NCBI GenBank assembly: GCA_963785235.1
Contig: CAWAUM010000013.1
Coordinates: 1-64,000 of the forward strand
Direction of reading: 5' to 3'
Length of the DNA: 64,000 nucleotides
Source: an uncultured delta proteobacterium
GTDB taxonomy: Bacteria > Desulfobacterota > Desulfomonilia > UBA1062
Shown one piece after another: positions 51,069 through 61,539 of this stretch. The translations under genes were made by a program, and so were the position numbers. The notes under the pieces were generated by a model that saw only the letters and a list, made by a program, of their open reading frames with translations, ran no database searches and was not told the DNA's origin. Position 1 is the stretch's first letter. Every line of letters starts with the position of its first letter.

Positions 51069-52619
51069 TCACACCATCTTCGGCCAGGAGGCCAGCAGAC
51101 GTCTGCTCATGCCCCGCTCGCCGTTGCTGCCGCGGGCAAGGGCAAGGGCCTTTATCAGCTCGGTCCTGGTGTCACGCGGGTCAATGACCTTGTCGATGAG
51201 GTTCAGACCGGCTGCCTCCCAGGGCTCGGCCTTGCGGATCATCTCCTTCATGAATGCGGTTTTCATCTCGTCGGCCCCGGGTGCGTCAGAGAAGTTCTGG
51301 CCAAAGGCGGCATTGATGGCCACATCTGCGGCCATGAATGAGATATCTGCAGTGGGCCAGGCGATAATGGAATCCGAGAGCTTCCCGCCCGCCATGTTGT
51401 GATGGGCCATGCCGTAGGACTTGCGGGTTATGAGGCTCACCACAGGCACAGTGGTGAGCTGGAGCGCCTTGATCATGGACATGATCTTCAAGGGCATCTT
51501 CCGCTCTTCTGCTTCCCTGCCCACGAGGAAACCCGGCGTGTCGTGGATGAAGATCATGGGGATGTTGAACGAATCGCACAGGCAGATGAAGGCGATGGCC
51601 TTGTCGCAGGCCCCCGGGCCCATGGCGCCCGCAGTCACCAGAGGGTTGTTGGCGAGCACGCCTACACTGTATCCGTCAAGGCGCGCCAGGCACGTGACCA
51701 GGCTGCCGTCGTAATAGGGCTTGAGCTCCAGGATGCTGTCACAATCGAAGATGAGGTTCAGTGCGTTGTGGATGTCATAGAGGGTCTTGGGGTCTTCCGG
51801 GACCGCCTCGAAGATGGATTCGATCCTTGCCCCTGAAGGATCGTCGCATGGCTTTATGGGCGGAAGCTCGTGGGCATTGCACGGCAGATAACCCAGCAGG
51901 CGGCGTATCAGCCAGAGGCACTCCTCTTCGTTCTCGGCGAACAGGTCCACCTGGCCGGTCACACGGGCATGGACCTCCCAGCCGCCGAGCTCCTCGGCTG
52001 TCGAGTTCTCGCCCGTGGCCACCTCGATGATGCGGGGCGATGTGACCGCCATGATGGCGCCCTTCACCTGTATGACCACATCCGAGATGGAGGCCTCCCA
52101 GGTGGGGCCGCCATAGCATTCGCCCATGATGGACACGATGAACGGCACCTCGCGGTTGTGGGCATCCACGATCTCCATGGCCTTCATGATGCCTGTGGCC
52201 CCCATGGTGTCGGGGATGCGCGCCCCGCCGCCGTCGCCGAGATGGACGCAGGGGAAGCCTTTGGTTGCGGCGTAGTGCAGGTTTTTAATCGCCTTGATGA
52301 CCCCTATGCGCCCGCCTGCCCCGGACATGACCGTTACATCGTCGCCTGAAACGTATACGGTGCGGTTGTCTATCAGGCCGAATCCGCACACCTTCCCGTC
52401 AGCCGGAGTCTTTGCGGCGGCCTCGGGAAGATCACTGTGGCAGAGCACGCCATACTCGTCAAAGGACCCCTTATCCAGGAGCAGGTCGATCCGCTCGCGG
52501 ACTGTAAGCCTTCCCTTGTCGTGCTGCTTCCTTACCTTCTTTTCGCCTCCCATGGCCTTGTTCTTTTCCATGCGGGAGGCAAGCTCGGCTATTTTATATG
52601 GATCGACTGGTTGGCTCAT
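51069..52619 (-). CDS. acyl-CoA carboxylase carboxyltransferase subunit
   Basis: GG.KK...QHDKGRLTVRERI, PADG.V.G, GGGARIP, ELGG..VH, DTPGFLVG, RKSYG. Confidence 0.9.
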   Translation of the reverse strand: MSQPVDPYKIAELASRMEKNKAMGGEKKVRKQHDKGRLTVRERIDLLLDKGSFDEYGVLCHSDLPEAAAKTPADGKVCGFGLIDNRTVYVSGDDVTVMSGAGGRIGVIKAIKNLHYAATKGFPCVHLGDGGGARIPDTMGATGIMKAMEIVDAHNREVPFIVSIMGECYGGPTWEASISDVVIQVKGAIMAVTSPRIIEVATGENSTAEELGGWEVHARVTGQVDLFAENEEECLWLIRRLLGYLPCNAHELPPIKPCDDPSGARIESIFEAVPEDPKTLYDIHNALNLIFDCDSILELKPYYDGSLVTCLARLDGYSVGVLANNPLVTAGAMGPGACDKAIAFICLCDSFNIPMIFIHDTPGFLVGREAEERKMPLKIMSMIKALQLTTVPVVSLITRKSYGMAHHNMAGGKLSDSIIAWPTADISFMAADVAINAAFGQNFSDAPGADEMKTAFMKEMIRKAEPWEAAGLNLIDKVIDPRDTRTELIKALALARGSNGERGMSRRLLASWPKMV

Positions 52620-54584
52620 GGGTTGTTCTCCGTATCAATTGCTATGAGTATGGACCCCATCTTCACAAAATCACCCTGCTTCACGAAGATCTCCTTCACC
52701 ACGCCTTGCTCTACAGCAGTAATGATGTTTTCCATCTTCATGGACTCGATGATGATAAGGTCCTGGCCTTTGTTCACTCTCTGGCCCTGTTGCACCGATA
52801 CCAGTGCCACCTTGCCGTCCATGGGCGCCTCGCAGGCCCCCTTTTTATGGTGCTGGAACTCCATTGAATGGAACCGCGACAGATAGGTGAGCTGATGGTG
52901 CCCGAGGCTCAAGGAATGGAGGAACACCGTCTCCTTGTCAAGGGCATAGGAGAACTTGAGCTGCCTGCCATTGATGATGAGGGACATGGAATCAGAGTCC
53001 TTCCCGGCGACAAAGACGTCGTAGGTGTCTTTGTGGATGATAATTGTAAAGCTGTCTCCATCCTTTTTTCTGAAGTTGGCGCAATACTGAATTCCATGCA
53101 TCAGAAAACCTGCAAATTTCAAGGTGTGGTAGCCTGCCTGCCACCCCAGTTCCCGATGGCCTTCCTCGTGGTCGTTGAACCGGGCCACAATGGCGGCCAC
53201 GACGAGCACCCTCGCCTCTTCCTCCCTCAAGGCAGGTCTTTCCATGACAGGGGAGTCCTTGTCGAAAATAGTCGGTCTTGATCTGGCCCTTATGAAATGC
53301 CTCGCCCGTCACAAGGCGCGACAGGAAATCGATGTTGGTCGCCACGCCCAGTGCAGCGGTCTCATGAAGGGCCCGGTTCATCTTCCTGATGGCGTTTGCC
53401 CGGGAATCGGCGTGTGCGATCACCTTTGCCAGGAGGGGGTCGAAATCAATGGTTATCCGCGATGAGGTGGCCACACCACTGTCGGTCCGGGCACTTTTGG
53501 CAGCCTTCCACAGAATCAGATTCCCTGCAGAAGGGACAAAGTTATTATCCGGGTCTTCGGCATAGACCCTGCATTCCATGGCATGGCCGTTTATGGAGAG
53601 ATCCGCCTGGCTCACAGGCAGCGGCTCGCCTTCGGCAATGGCTATCTGCATCTCCACCAGGTCGAGGCCGGTTACGGCCTCGGTCACCGGGTGCTCCACC
53701 TGAAGCCTGGTGTTCATCTCCAGGAAGAAAAACTTTCCGTCATCGTCCAGCACGAACTCCACGGTGCCTGCGTTCGTATAGTTCACGGCTTTTGCTATGG
53801 CGATTGCCGCCTTTCCCATCTTCTTTCTCAAGGGCTCCGTCATGGCAGGAGACGGGGATTCCTCTATGAGCTTCTGATGCCTGCGCTGGACCGAGCACTC
53901 CCGCTCAGGGCAGTGGATGATCTTGCCGTGCAGGTCACCCAGGACCTGGAATTCGATATGCCGTACAGGGCTCAGGTATTTCTCAATGAGCAGGCTGTCA
54001 ATGCCGTACACGGCCAGGGACTTCTTTCGTGCAGCACGCAGCGAACCTTCCAGGAGCGAAGGGGCATCCACCCTGAAGATGCCGATGCCGCCACCGCCTG
54101 CCGAGGCCTTGATGAGGAGCGGATATCCTATGCTTAAAGCCCTTGCGGTGAGTTCCTCCATGGATTCCCCGCCCACCCTGAATCCCGGGATAACGGGAAC
54201 GCCTATCTTCTCGCAGAGTTCACGGGCTGCGATCTTGGAGCCCATAATCCTGATGGATTCCGGCGTTGGTCCGATAAACGTTATGCCCTCTGCGCAGCAG
54301 CGTGAAGCGAATTCAGGATTCTCCGAGAGGAGCCCGTAACCCGGATGGATTGCATCCGCACCGGCATCATGTGCCGCCTGGATGATCCTGTCCTGGTCAA
54401 GGTAGGCCCCGATCCCTGCCTCGCCCAGACAGATCGCCTCGTCCGCCATGTTCATGAACACGCTGCCCCGGTCAATCTGTGAATACACGGCAACGGTTGC
54501 AATCCCCAGTTTCCGGCAAGTCTTTATCACCCTGCAGGCTATTTCTCCGCGATTTGCGATCAACAGGCACTTTATCTTTTTCAT
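52616..54584 (-). CDS. acyl-CoA carboxylase biotin carboxylase + biotin carrier subunit (frameshift near 53260)
   Basis: LIANRGEIA, IHPGYGLLSEN, RECSVQRRHQK, EMNTRLQVEHPVTE; downstream frame APMDGKV...ESMKME. Confidence 0.9.
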
Positions 54585-55088
54585 AGTTGCGACCGGGCCT
54601 CATGAATGTTCATATGTTATGATTTATTTCACTAAAAAATTATCACGAAACCACTATGGCTAAAAGACAAAAATCGTTTGACTGCTGCATTTATTTCATT
54701 ATGTGCAGAAAGAATTGATCCTTTTCATCGAGAACCATTGTTAAAGCGAGTCGTAAAGGCAGCTACTATATAGATCCCTCCAAGTTGCCGGTTATATTTT
54801 ACATTTTCTCCCTTGAATTTCGGCACCCAATCCTTACATTGAATTTGCTTATTGTACAGACCATGAACCATGAACGTCAGGAGGTTTGCTTTGATCAGCT
54901 GTAAATAATCGTTGTCAAGGGGACATTTCTAACGAGTCTTGACATGTGTAGGGCTTTGGTCTTAAAATATGACTACGTCGCTTTATATTTAATGTCATGG
55001 CTCATCCATCCCTTGAGATTTTCATGGCAACCAGAGAGCTCTTCCTATTTGTAAAATGTAGATATGTTGGCAGGGAAATATTGAGAAT

Positions 55089-55145
55089 CCCGAACAATAG
55101 CATCCACCGGACGGCTTACAGTCGCCGGTAATCTACACGTTATGT
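55089..55145 (+). mobile_element. second attC-like site (57 bp, degenerate L')
   Basis: CCCGAAC, 5-nt spacer, CATCCACCGGACGGCT shared with the attC at 33936, CCGGTAATC, GTTATGT. Confidence 0.65.
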
Positions 55146-55232
55146 TTACGGAAACAGGAGTTGCCATGGAATTTTTCGTGAGGTACCGGTACCCGATAGG
55201 TGACTGAACCGTAAGCTGCGACGGAGATCATC

Positions 55233-55715
55233 ATGTCAATTAGAAGCGTGCTGTTCGTACTGCTTGCCTTTGGAGTGCTTCTATTTGGTGGCTGCGCCAG
55301 CCTTCGGTACCCCGAACCCATTGACGTAATCATGGCGGGAGTTGAGCCGCTTCAAAGTCAGGGATTGGAGTTGCGAATGCTGGTCAAGCTGCGAATTCAA
55401 AATCCCAATGACTTGCCGCTGGACTTCAACGGTGTGTCAGTCCAGATGGATGTGCAAGGCAAGCGCTTCGCTACTGGCGTTAGCGACGCTGTTGGCAGCG
55501 TACCGCGCTTCGGTGAGACGATCGTTAGCGTCCCGGTGAGTATTTCGGTGTTCCGCATCGTGCACCAGGCCATGGACGTCATGACCAACGAATACCGCGG
55601 GAAGCTTGAGTATGAGATGACCGGGAGACTCGCAGGACCGGCGTTCAATAGCGTGCGTTTCAAGTCGAAGGGGGAGTTTACGCTGCCTGCGGAACTCTTC
55701 GGGAGTGGCAAGTGA
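55233..55715 (+). CDS. LEA type 2 / WHy-domain lipoprotein
   Basis: Lipobox GGC, LRIQNPND.PL, ATGVS, VPRFGE..V.VPV. Confidence 0.88.
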   Translation: MSIRSVLFVLLAFGVLLFGGCASLRYPEPIDVIMAGVEPLQSQGLELRMLVKLRIQNPNDLPLDFNGVSVQMDVQGKRFATGVSDAVGSVPRFGETIVSVPVSISVFRIVHQAMDVMTNEYRGKLEYEMTGRLAGPAFNSVRFKSKGEFTLPAELFGSGK

Positions 55716-56034
55716 GCCGGCGTTTCTGCAATGAGCTACGAAAAGCTGTATGGGTGTCACACTCTCTAGTCTTAGCAGGTCACCATGTCCAGCATAGGTT
55801 TCAGTTCAAATCCTTCAGTTTTCAAGAATCCTGAAACAGTGAAGATATGGCAGGATATCATGGGTTAATATACAATTATTGGGAATAGCAATTGAGCGGA
55901 AATATCTATGATTCTGCATCAATTCTTTAGTTATTTTAAAAATATAGCCACAAGGTCTGTCTGAATGATATGTTGAGATCTCCTACAATCTTAGCTTGCA
56001 TTTTTTCCCTTAATCAAATTATTCTATTGATATC

Positions 56035-57905
56035 ATGCACATAACAAAATCCCTATCAAATCTAATTTCCAGACTTCAAAACTCAAAGTCAATATCCGGG
56101 ATTAACACATCCGAATCTAGAAAGATGTCTTTCCATGTCCTCATACAGGAGAATTCGTTTATCTTTTCTTTTATTTTCACAGGTATGTTGCTTTCTATAA
56201 TTTTATCGATTCTTCCTGTACATTATGAAACTAACGACGAATTCAGAATGATAACCATTCTGAGTGGAAATGGCGGATTCCCTGCTAGCCCCTATGTCCC
56301 ATATCTCAACCCAATACTAAGTTATGTTTTACATATTCTTTACAGAGTAAAACCATACTTTCCATGGTTTGGTGTATTCTTCTATGTCGTTTACTACTTA
56401 GGTTGGACTTTGATCTTGAGTGTCATATTCAGAACGAATGACAGATACAGTTTTATTTTAACAATTCCTATCCTTTTTTATTTTTTCTTTTTTCATTCTT
56501 CATATGTAAGTTTTACCTCGGCTTCTCTCTTTATGTCTTTCGGGGTTTTTCTCTGCACAATCGAATATTTCATCAGGAATGAAGCCCCGATAAAGAATAT
56601 CAGGATTTATTTTATATTCCTGGCTGTTTGTTTCTATCTTTCGTTCCTTCTTCGATGGGAATTGGTCCTCTATTCGCTTCTCCTTTTCTTACCCGCCGTC
56701 GTTTTCATAAAGAAAGGACGGTAATAAAAGTTCTCCCTATTCTTCTCCTGCTAGGCTTAGTGATATGTTTGAATATAGCATTTAACCACTTTATTAATTT
56801 ATCTCATCAGACATATCATGAATTCGACAAGCTGAGAATTGAGTTTCATGATACTCACAGAGGAGATTTTCATGATCGAATCACACCATATGCTCTCCAG
56901 AAAGCAGGATGGACATATAAAGATTACATAGCTTTCAGAGGCCTTTGGTTTATGCATGATAATTATACCTTCAACACAACGAATTTGAAAACATTTCTCA
57001 TAGAGAATAATCCTCGAAAAAACAGCTAAAGCTTATTTAGACAATATCATCCGCCAAGTAATAAAAAGTTATAATCGAAATAAGAATAAATCTATCTTAT
57101 TAGTAGTCTCTTTATTATCAATTCTTATTTATAGATCAACATACCTATTGCGACTCGATAAAGTTGATTTGTTAAAAATTGCAGTCTCTATAGGGACAAT
57201 TATATTAAGCGTACTGTTCTTTATGTATTATCGATTTATGCCGAGGGTTTATGGCCCACTTTATGTCTATTTGATCAGCATGTCGTATTTATTATTCAGC
57301 ATTGGAAAAGGCTCCGAACATAAAGTTATCCAGAATAACTGGATGAAATATCTTACTATTATTGTTGCAGGATCTTTAATGGCATATGCTATACTTATTG
57401 TACGTCAAGAAGTTGTTACTAATGTTCATGATCTTGACCAGTCCGCGAAATTCAGGACCGCAATCAATCAAGCTTTAACCGCATTGAAACTATTAATACT
57501 GCGTCACATCCTTTTATCATACTAATATGTGGTATTCCCTATGGCCTTCGCACTGACTTCATCCATCCTTTAATGGAATATAGAGATTTCCCCCGTATGA
57601 GAATTTTCCCAAATGGATGGTCAATATATTCGCCATATCATAAGATGGCACTAAAAAATCTTCACCTCCGCGATGGTCATGATTTTCTTAAGTGGCTTGT
57701 TGACCGAAAAGATGTGCTCTTAATGATCAATGCTTTTAATATAACCCAGGCAAATCAAGTTAACAAAATTGTATTTTTATTGAAATCTTACTACCTCAGC
57801 CATATATATCCCGGTATGAAACTGGATTTCATTCCTGTCTATGATTTTAGAAACAAGGAAGGATTGGGTCTAGTCTTTTTCCGATTAAAATCCGACCACG
57901 ATTGA
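56035..57905 (+). CDS. AT-rich polytopic membrane protein, possibly GT-C-like (split by several frameshifts)
   Basis: Consecutive hydrophobic ORFs 56035..56724, 56628..57029, 57148..57525, 57573..57905; YETNDE acidic motif after the first TM. Confidence 0.5.
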
Positions 57906-57951
57906 TAAAACATCATGTAGATCATATTTTGTGTTTCATTAAGAACTGAGA

Positions 57952-58020
57952 CTAATCACTATCCAGCACCCGCCGGACCGTCTCGGCCAGGATCTTCAAA
58001 CTTGCCGGCTTCATGATGCA
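57952..58020 (-). pseudogene. remnant of a hybrid-kinase receiver C-terminus
   Basis: IMKPASLKILAETVRRVLDSD*, similar to the end of the 63041 gene (MKPIEMKVLAKTIRRVLD). Confidence 0.6.
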
Positions 58021-58517
58021 TTCCATTAGGGGTCACTATAGAAGATTGATCCACAGCAGCTGGTTTCCAATCTATAATGAATTGGGTAAGGTTACCAGAA
58101 TTGCTATTCACACGCTTGACATCACTGAATTAAAACAGACCTTTTTCAAAAGCAAGTTGTGACAAAATAATAAATCTCCATGATATATAATAAATAAGTT
58201 GCTGATCTTAAGATCGCAAACTGTAGAGTTCCTGCCGAACTCAATATTTTGCCGCTACTGAATATTTGTAATAATAACCATCACTATTTGACTTCCCCCT
58301 CACGCTTTTCATTCATTCAAACTAAAAGCCTGTGCTTGTTCTAAAAATTAAGTTTGCTTTACCCGGATGAGTCTTTATATAGAGCCAGGTCTCATCATGA
58401 AGCCTTGCCCGTAACAATTTGATGATTATAATACTTTTGACTACTGGTTGCAAACCGACGGTCTGCACTTGGTAGGGCGAATATTGGGGTTACCCCCCCC
58501 ATGGGAGATCTTGTCAG

Positions 58518-59726
58518 ATGAAGTATATCCATGCTTTTAATAACTTGGTGGAGAAGAAAAAGATCTATCCTGATTTCCCCGTTATTGACGGCGGGGCAAG
58601 CCCTGAAGTTGTTGTGAATGGAAAAAGGTTATTGATGTTCTCTTCCAATAATTACCTGGGTCTTACATCCCATCCCAGAATAAGGAGCGGCCCATGAGGC
58701 TATTGAAAAATACGGGACAGGTTCGGGGGGTTCCCGCCTCCTATCCGGAAACCTCAAAATCCATGAAGAGGCAGAACGAAAAATTGCCGCCTTTAAGGGC
58801 GGAGAGGCTGCCATTATCTTCCCCACGGGTTATTCAGCGAATGTCGGTGCCATCTCAGGGTTCCTCGACCTGCTGAAGATTTCTCCCCGTTATTTCTTCA
58901 TGAGAAGATGCATGGTTTTTTCCGACGACTTGAATCATGCAAGCATTATTGACGGGTGCAGATTGAGCGGGGCAAAGACCGTGGTGTATCCTCACAAGGA
59001 TATGGATGTTCTGGAAGCAAAGCTGAAACGCCATCGCGCCGGCGCAAGCTTATCATAACCGACGGTGTCTTCAGCATGGATGGTGATATCGCCCCCCTTG
59101 ATCAGATAGCATACCTGGCGAAAAAATATGATGCGGTCACCATGGTGGATGAAGCCCATGCCACAGGCATTCTCGGGACTCATGGACACGGTACTATTGA
59201 GCATTTCCACCCGAAGCCCTTGAAGGACATTGCCATCATAATGGGGACTTTCAGCAAATCCGTCGGAGCCGTGGGCGGGTATGTCGTAGGATCACATGAC
59301 CTGATACATTATCTCAGGGTAGCTTCCCGGTCGTATATGTTCTCGGCAGCCATGCCCCCGGCCACTGCTGCAACCATTATTGCCGCAATCGATCTCATGG
59401 AAAGCGACCCGACCTTAAGGACGAAGTTATGGGAGAATACCAACCATTTGAAGGAAGGGTTTAACGATCTGGGATTCAATACCTTTTCCAGCGAGACCCA
59501 GATCATCCCCATACTGATCGGCAAAGACGATAAAGGGGTGGAATTCTCCCGGCGCCTGGTTGACTACGGGATATACGGGCCATGCGTCAGATGGCCTGCG
59601 GTAACAAGAAACCAGTCCAGGATCAGATTTACCGTAATGGCCTCCCACACCAGGGAGCAGATCGATTATCTTCTTGATTGCTGCAGGTCTTTAGGGAGTA
59701 AGATGAACGTGTCTATGGGGAAATGA
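58518..59726 (+). CDS. alpha-oxoamine synthase, serine palmitoyltransferase-like (frameshifts near 58685 and 59035)
   Basis: IYPDFP.I...EVVVNGK..LMFSSNNYLGL, GSGGSR.L.G, NHASIIDG, DGVFSMDGD, DEAH, GTFSKSVG. Confidence 0.8.
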
Positions 59727-60550
59727 AAATGAAGGATTTTCTTGATAAAAACGTCTATATTACCGGCGGATCTACCGGTATCGGTCTTTCCACTGCCAAG
59801 CTCCTGGCGGCAGCGGGGGCCAACGTCATCATCTCCGCCCGGACAAAAGAAAAACTTGAAACAGCCATGGAAGAGATCGAGAGCCGCCGCATCTTACAGG
59901 CGCAGCGTTTCGCCTTCCGTCAACTCGACGTGGCGGACAATACAGAAGTGAACATTGTCATGACTGAGGCTGTTCAAAACTTCGGCATCCCGGACCTCCT
60001 CATTAATAATGCCGGGCGGGCCCTGCCACGCTGTTTCGAGGAAGTCACCTTCGCGCAGTTCGACGAGACCATGAAGACCAACCTCTACGGCAGCTGGAAT
60101 ACCACCACGGTCCTCATCCCGTACATGAAGCCCGGGGGCGGAGCAATCGTCAATGTGTCCTCCCTGTGCGGCTTCATGGGGGTCTTCGGCTATACGGACT
60201 ATTGTGCCTCGAAATTCGGCATCATCGGCCTCTCGGAGGCGCTCAGGCAGGAACTGCGGCGCTACGATATCACGGTTTCCGTACTCTGCCCTCCCGATAC
60301 CGACACACCGGGATACGCCACAGAAAACATCTGTAAACCTGAGGTGACCAGGGCGCTTTCGGCCGCAGCCAAGATCATGCAGCCGGATGAAGTTGCCAGG
60401 GAGCTTGATCGAGGGATCAAACGCAAGACCTTCATCATTATCCCCGGTGTGGACGGAAAATTCATCTATTTCATGAAGCGGCACTTCCCCTTCATCGTGG
60501 AGCTGATTATGCGTCGGGGTATCTGCAAGGTACAGAAGGGGAGCGTATAG
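59723..60550 (+). CDS. 3-ketodihydrosphingosine reductase-like SDR
   Basis: ITGGSTGIG, GVFGYTDYCASKF, PPDTDTPGY..EN..KP..T..LS (KDSR/TSC10-like signature); overlaps the SPT-like stop. Confidence 0.8.
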   Translation: MKMKDFLDKNVYITGGSTGIGLSTAKLLAAAGANVIISARTKEKLETAMEEIESRRILQAQRFAFRQLDVADNTEVNIVMTEAVQNFGIPDLLINNAGRALPRCFEEVTFAQFDETMKTNLYGSWNTTTVLIPYMKPGGGAIVNVSSLCGFMGVFGYTDYCASKFGIIGLSEALRQELRRYDITVSVLCPPDTDTPGYATENICKPEVTRALSAAAKIMQPDEVARELDRGIKRKTFIIIPGVDGKFIYFMKRHFPFIVELIMRRGICKVQKGSV

Positions 60551-60561
60551 CCAGTTCAACA

Positions 60562-61488
60562 ATGAAGGCATGTAATCCTGAAAAGTTACTGAGTCTTGAA
60601 GAAGGTCTCACCATCGGCATGGCCGTGCTGTGCAATCTCATCATCCTTCTTTTCATGCACCTGGGGCAGGCACAAGACATCTTTGTGCTGAACATGCTCA
60701 TCACGGCGGTCATCCTCCTGGTAGCTTGTGTCCACCGGCGTTTTCCCCACACATGGCTGCAGTTTTTCCGGGACTGGTATGTGGTTTCTTTTCTGATCAT
60801 CATCTATCTGGAGAATCGCACACTCATCCCTCTCATCAACCCCCATGAACTGGACAGCCTCGTCATGGCCGTGGACCGGTTTCTTTTTGGCGGGCACGAC
60901 CCCACAGTCCTCATGGAAAGAATAATGTACCCTGCCCTTTCGGAAATACTGCAGATATCCTATGCGAGCTTCTATTTTCTTCCGCTCTCACTGTGTGTGA
61001 TCCTCTATTCCCTCAGGGAGGCCAGGGATGACTTTCATGTTGTGGCATCCACCATATTCATGGGATTCTATCTCTCCTACATCGGGTATTACTTCACCCC
61101 GGTCCTCGGGCCGAGATTCACCATGGAACACCTGCAAAGCGTTCCCCTGAGAGGATTGTGGACCTTTGACTTTCTCAGAAACCTACTGGCACAGACTGAA
61201 GGAAGGATGTACGACTGCATGCCGAGCGGACACGCCCTCGTCTCTGTTCTCACCGTGCTTCTGTCCTGGCGATACGCCAAGAGATTTTTTCCTGTTGCCC
61301 TTGCCTGGACAGTTCTCCTGAGCTTCTCAACGGTGTACCTGCGCTATCACTATGTGAGCGACCTCATTGCAGGCATGGCGCTGGGTGTGCTGGTGTTCCA
61401 GTTCGGCCCCGGCCTCGCGGAGGCAACCATGCGCGGCACAGAGAAAGAACAGGGGATACCTGAATCGATGCAGCTCAGGAAGGAGTAA
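60562..61488 (+). CDS. PAP2-superfamily membrane protein (AUR1/IPC-synthase-like)
   Basis: Multiple TMs, P.LGPRF, DCMPSGH, STVYLRYHYVSD. Confidence 0.82.
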   Translation: MKACNPEKLLSLEEGLTIGMAVLCNLIILLFMHLGQAQDIFVLNMLITAVILLVACVHRRFPHTWLQFFRDWYVVSFLIIIYLENRTLIPLINPHELDSLVMAVDRFLFGGHDPTVLMERIMYPALSEILQISYASFYFLPLSLCVILYSLREARDDFHVVASTIFMGFYLSYIGYYFTPVLGPRFTMEHLQSVPLRGLWTFDFLRNLLAQTEGRMYDCMPSGHALVSVLTVLLSWRYAKRFFPVALAWTVLLSFSTVYLRYHYVSDLIAGMALGVLVFQFGPGLAEATMRGTEKEQGIPESMQLRKE

Positions 61489-61539
61489 CCGGGGTGTTCC
61501 GGTTAGACGAAAGGCCCCTGGTAGCTCCGGCACGTCTTA

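Noticed and set aside
58518-59726. bioF or kbl call
   Set aside because: No bio or tdh neighbours; the GTFSKSVG motif and KDSR/PAP2/bCerS context favour SPT, though this is unproven.
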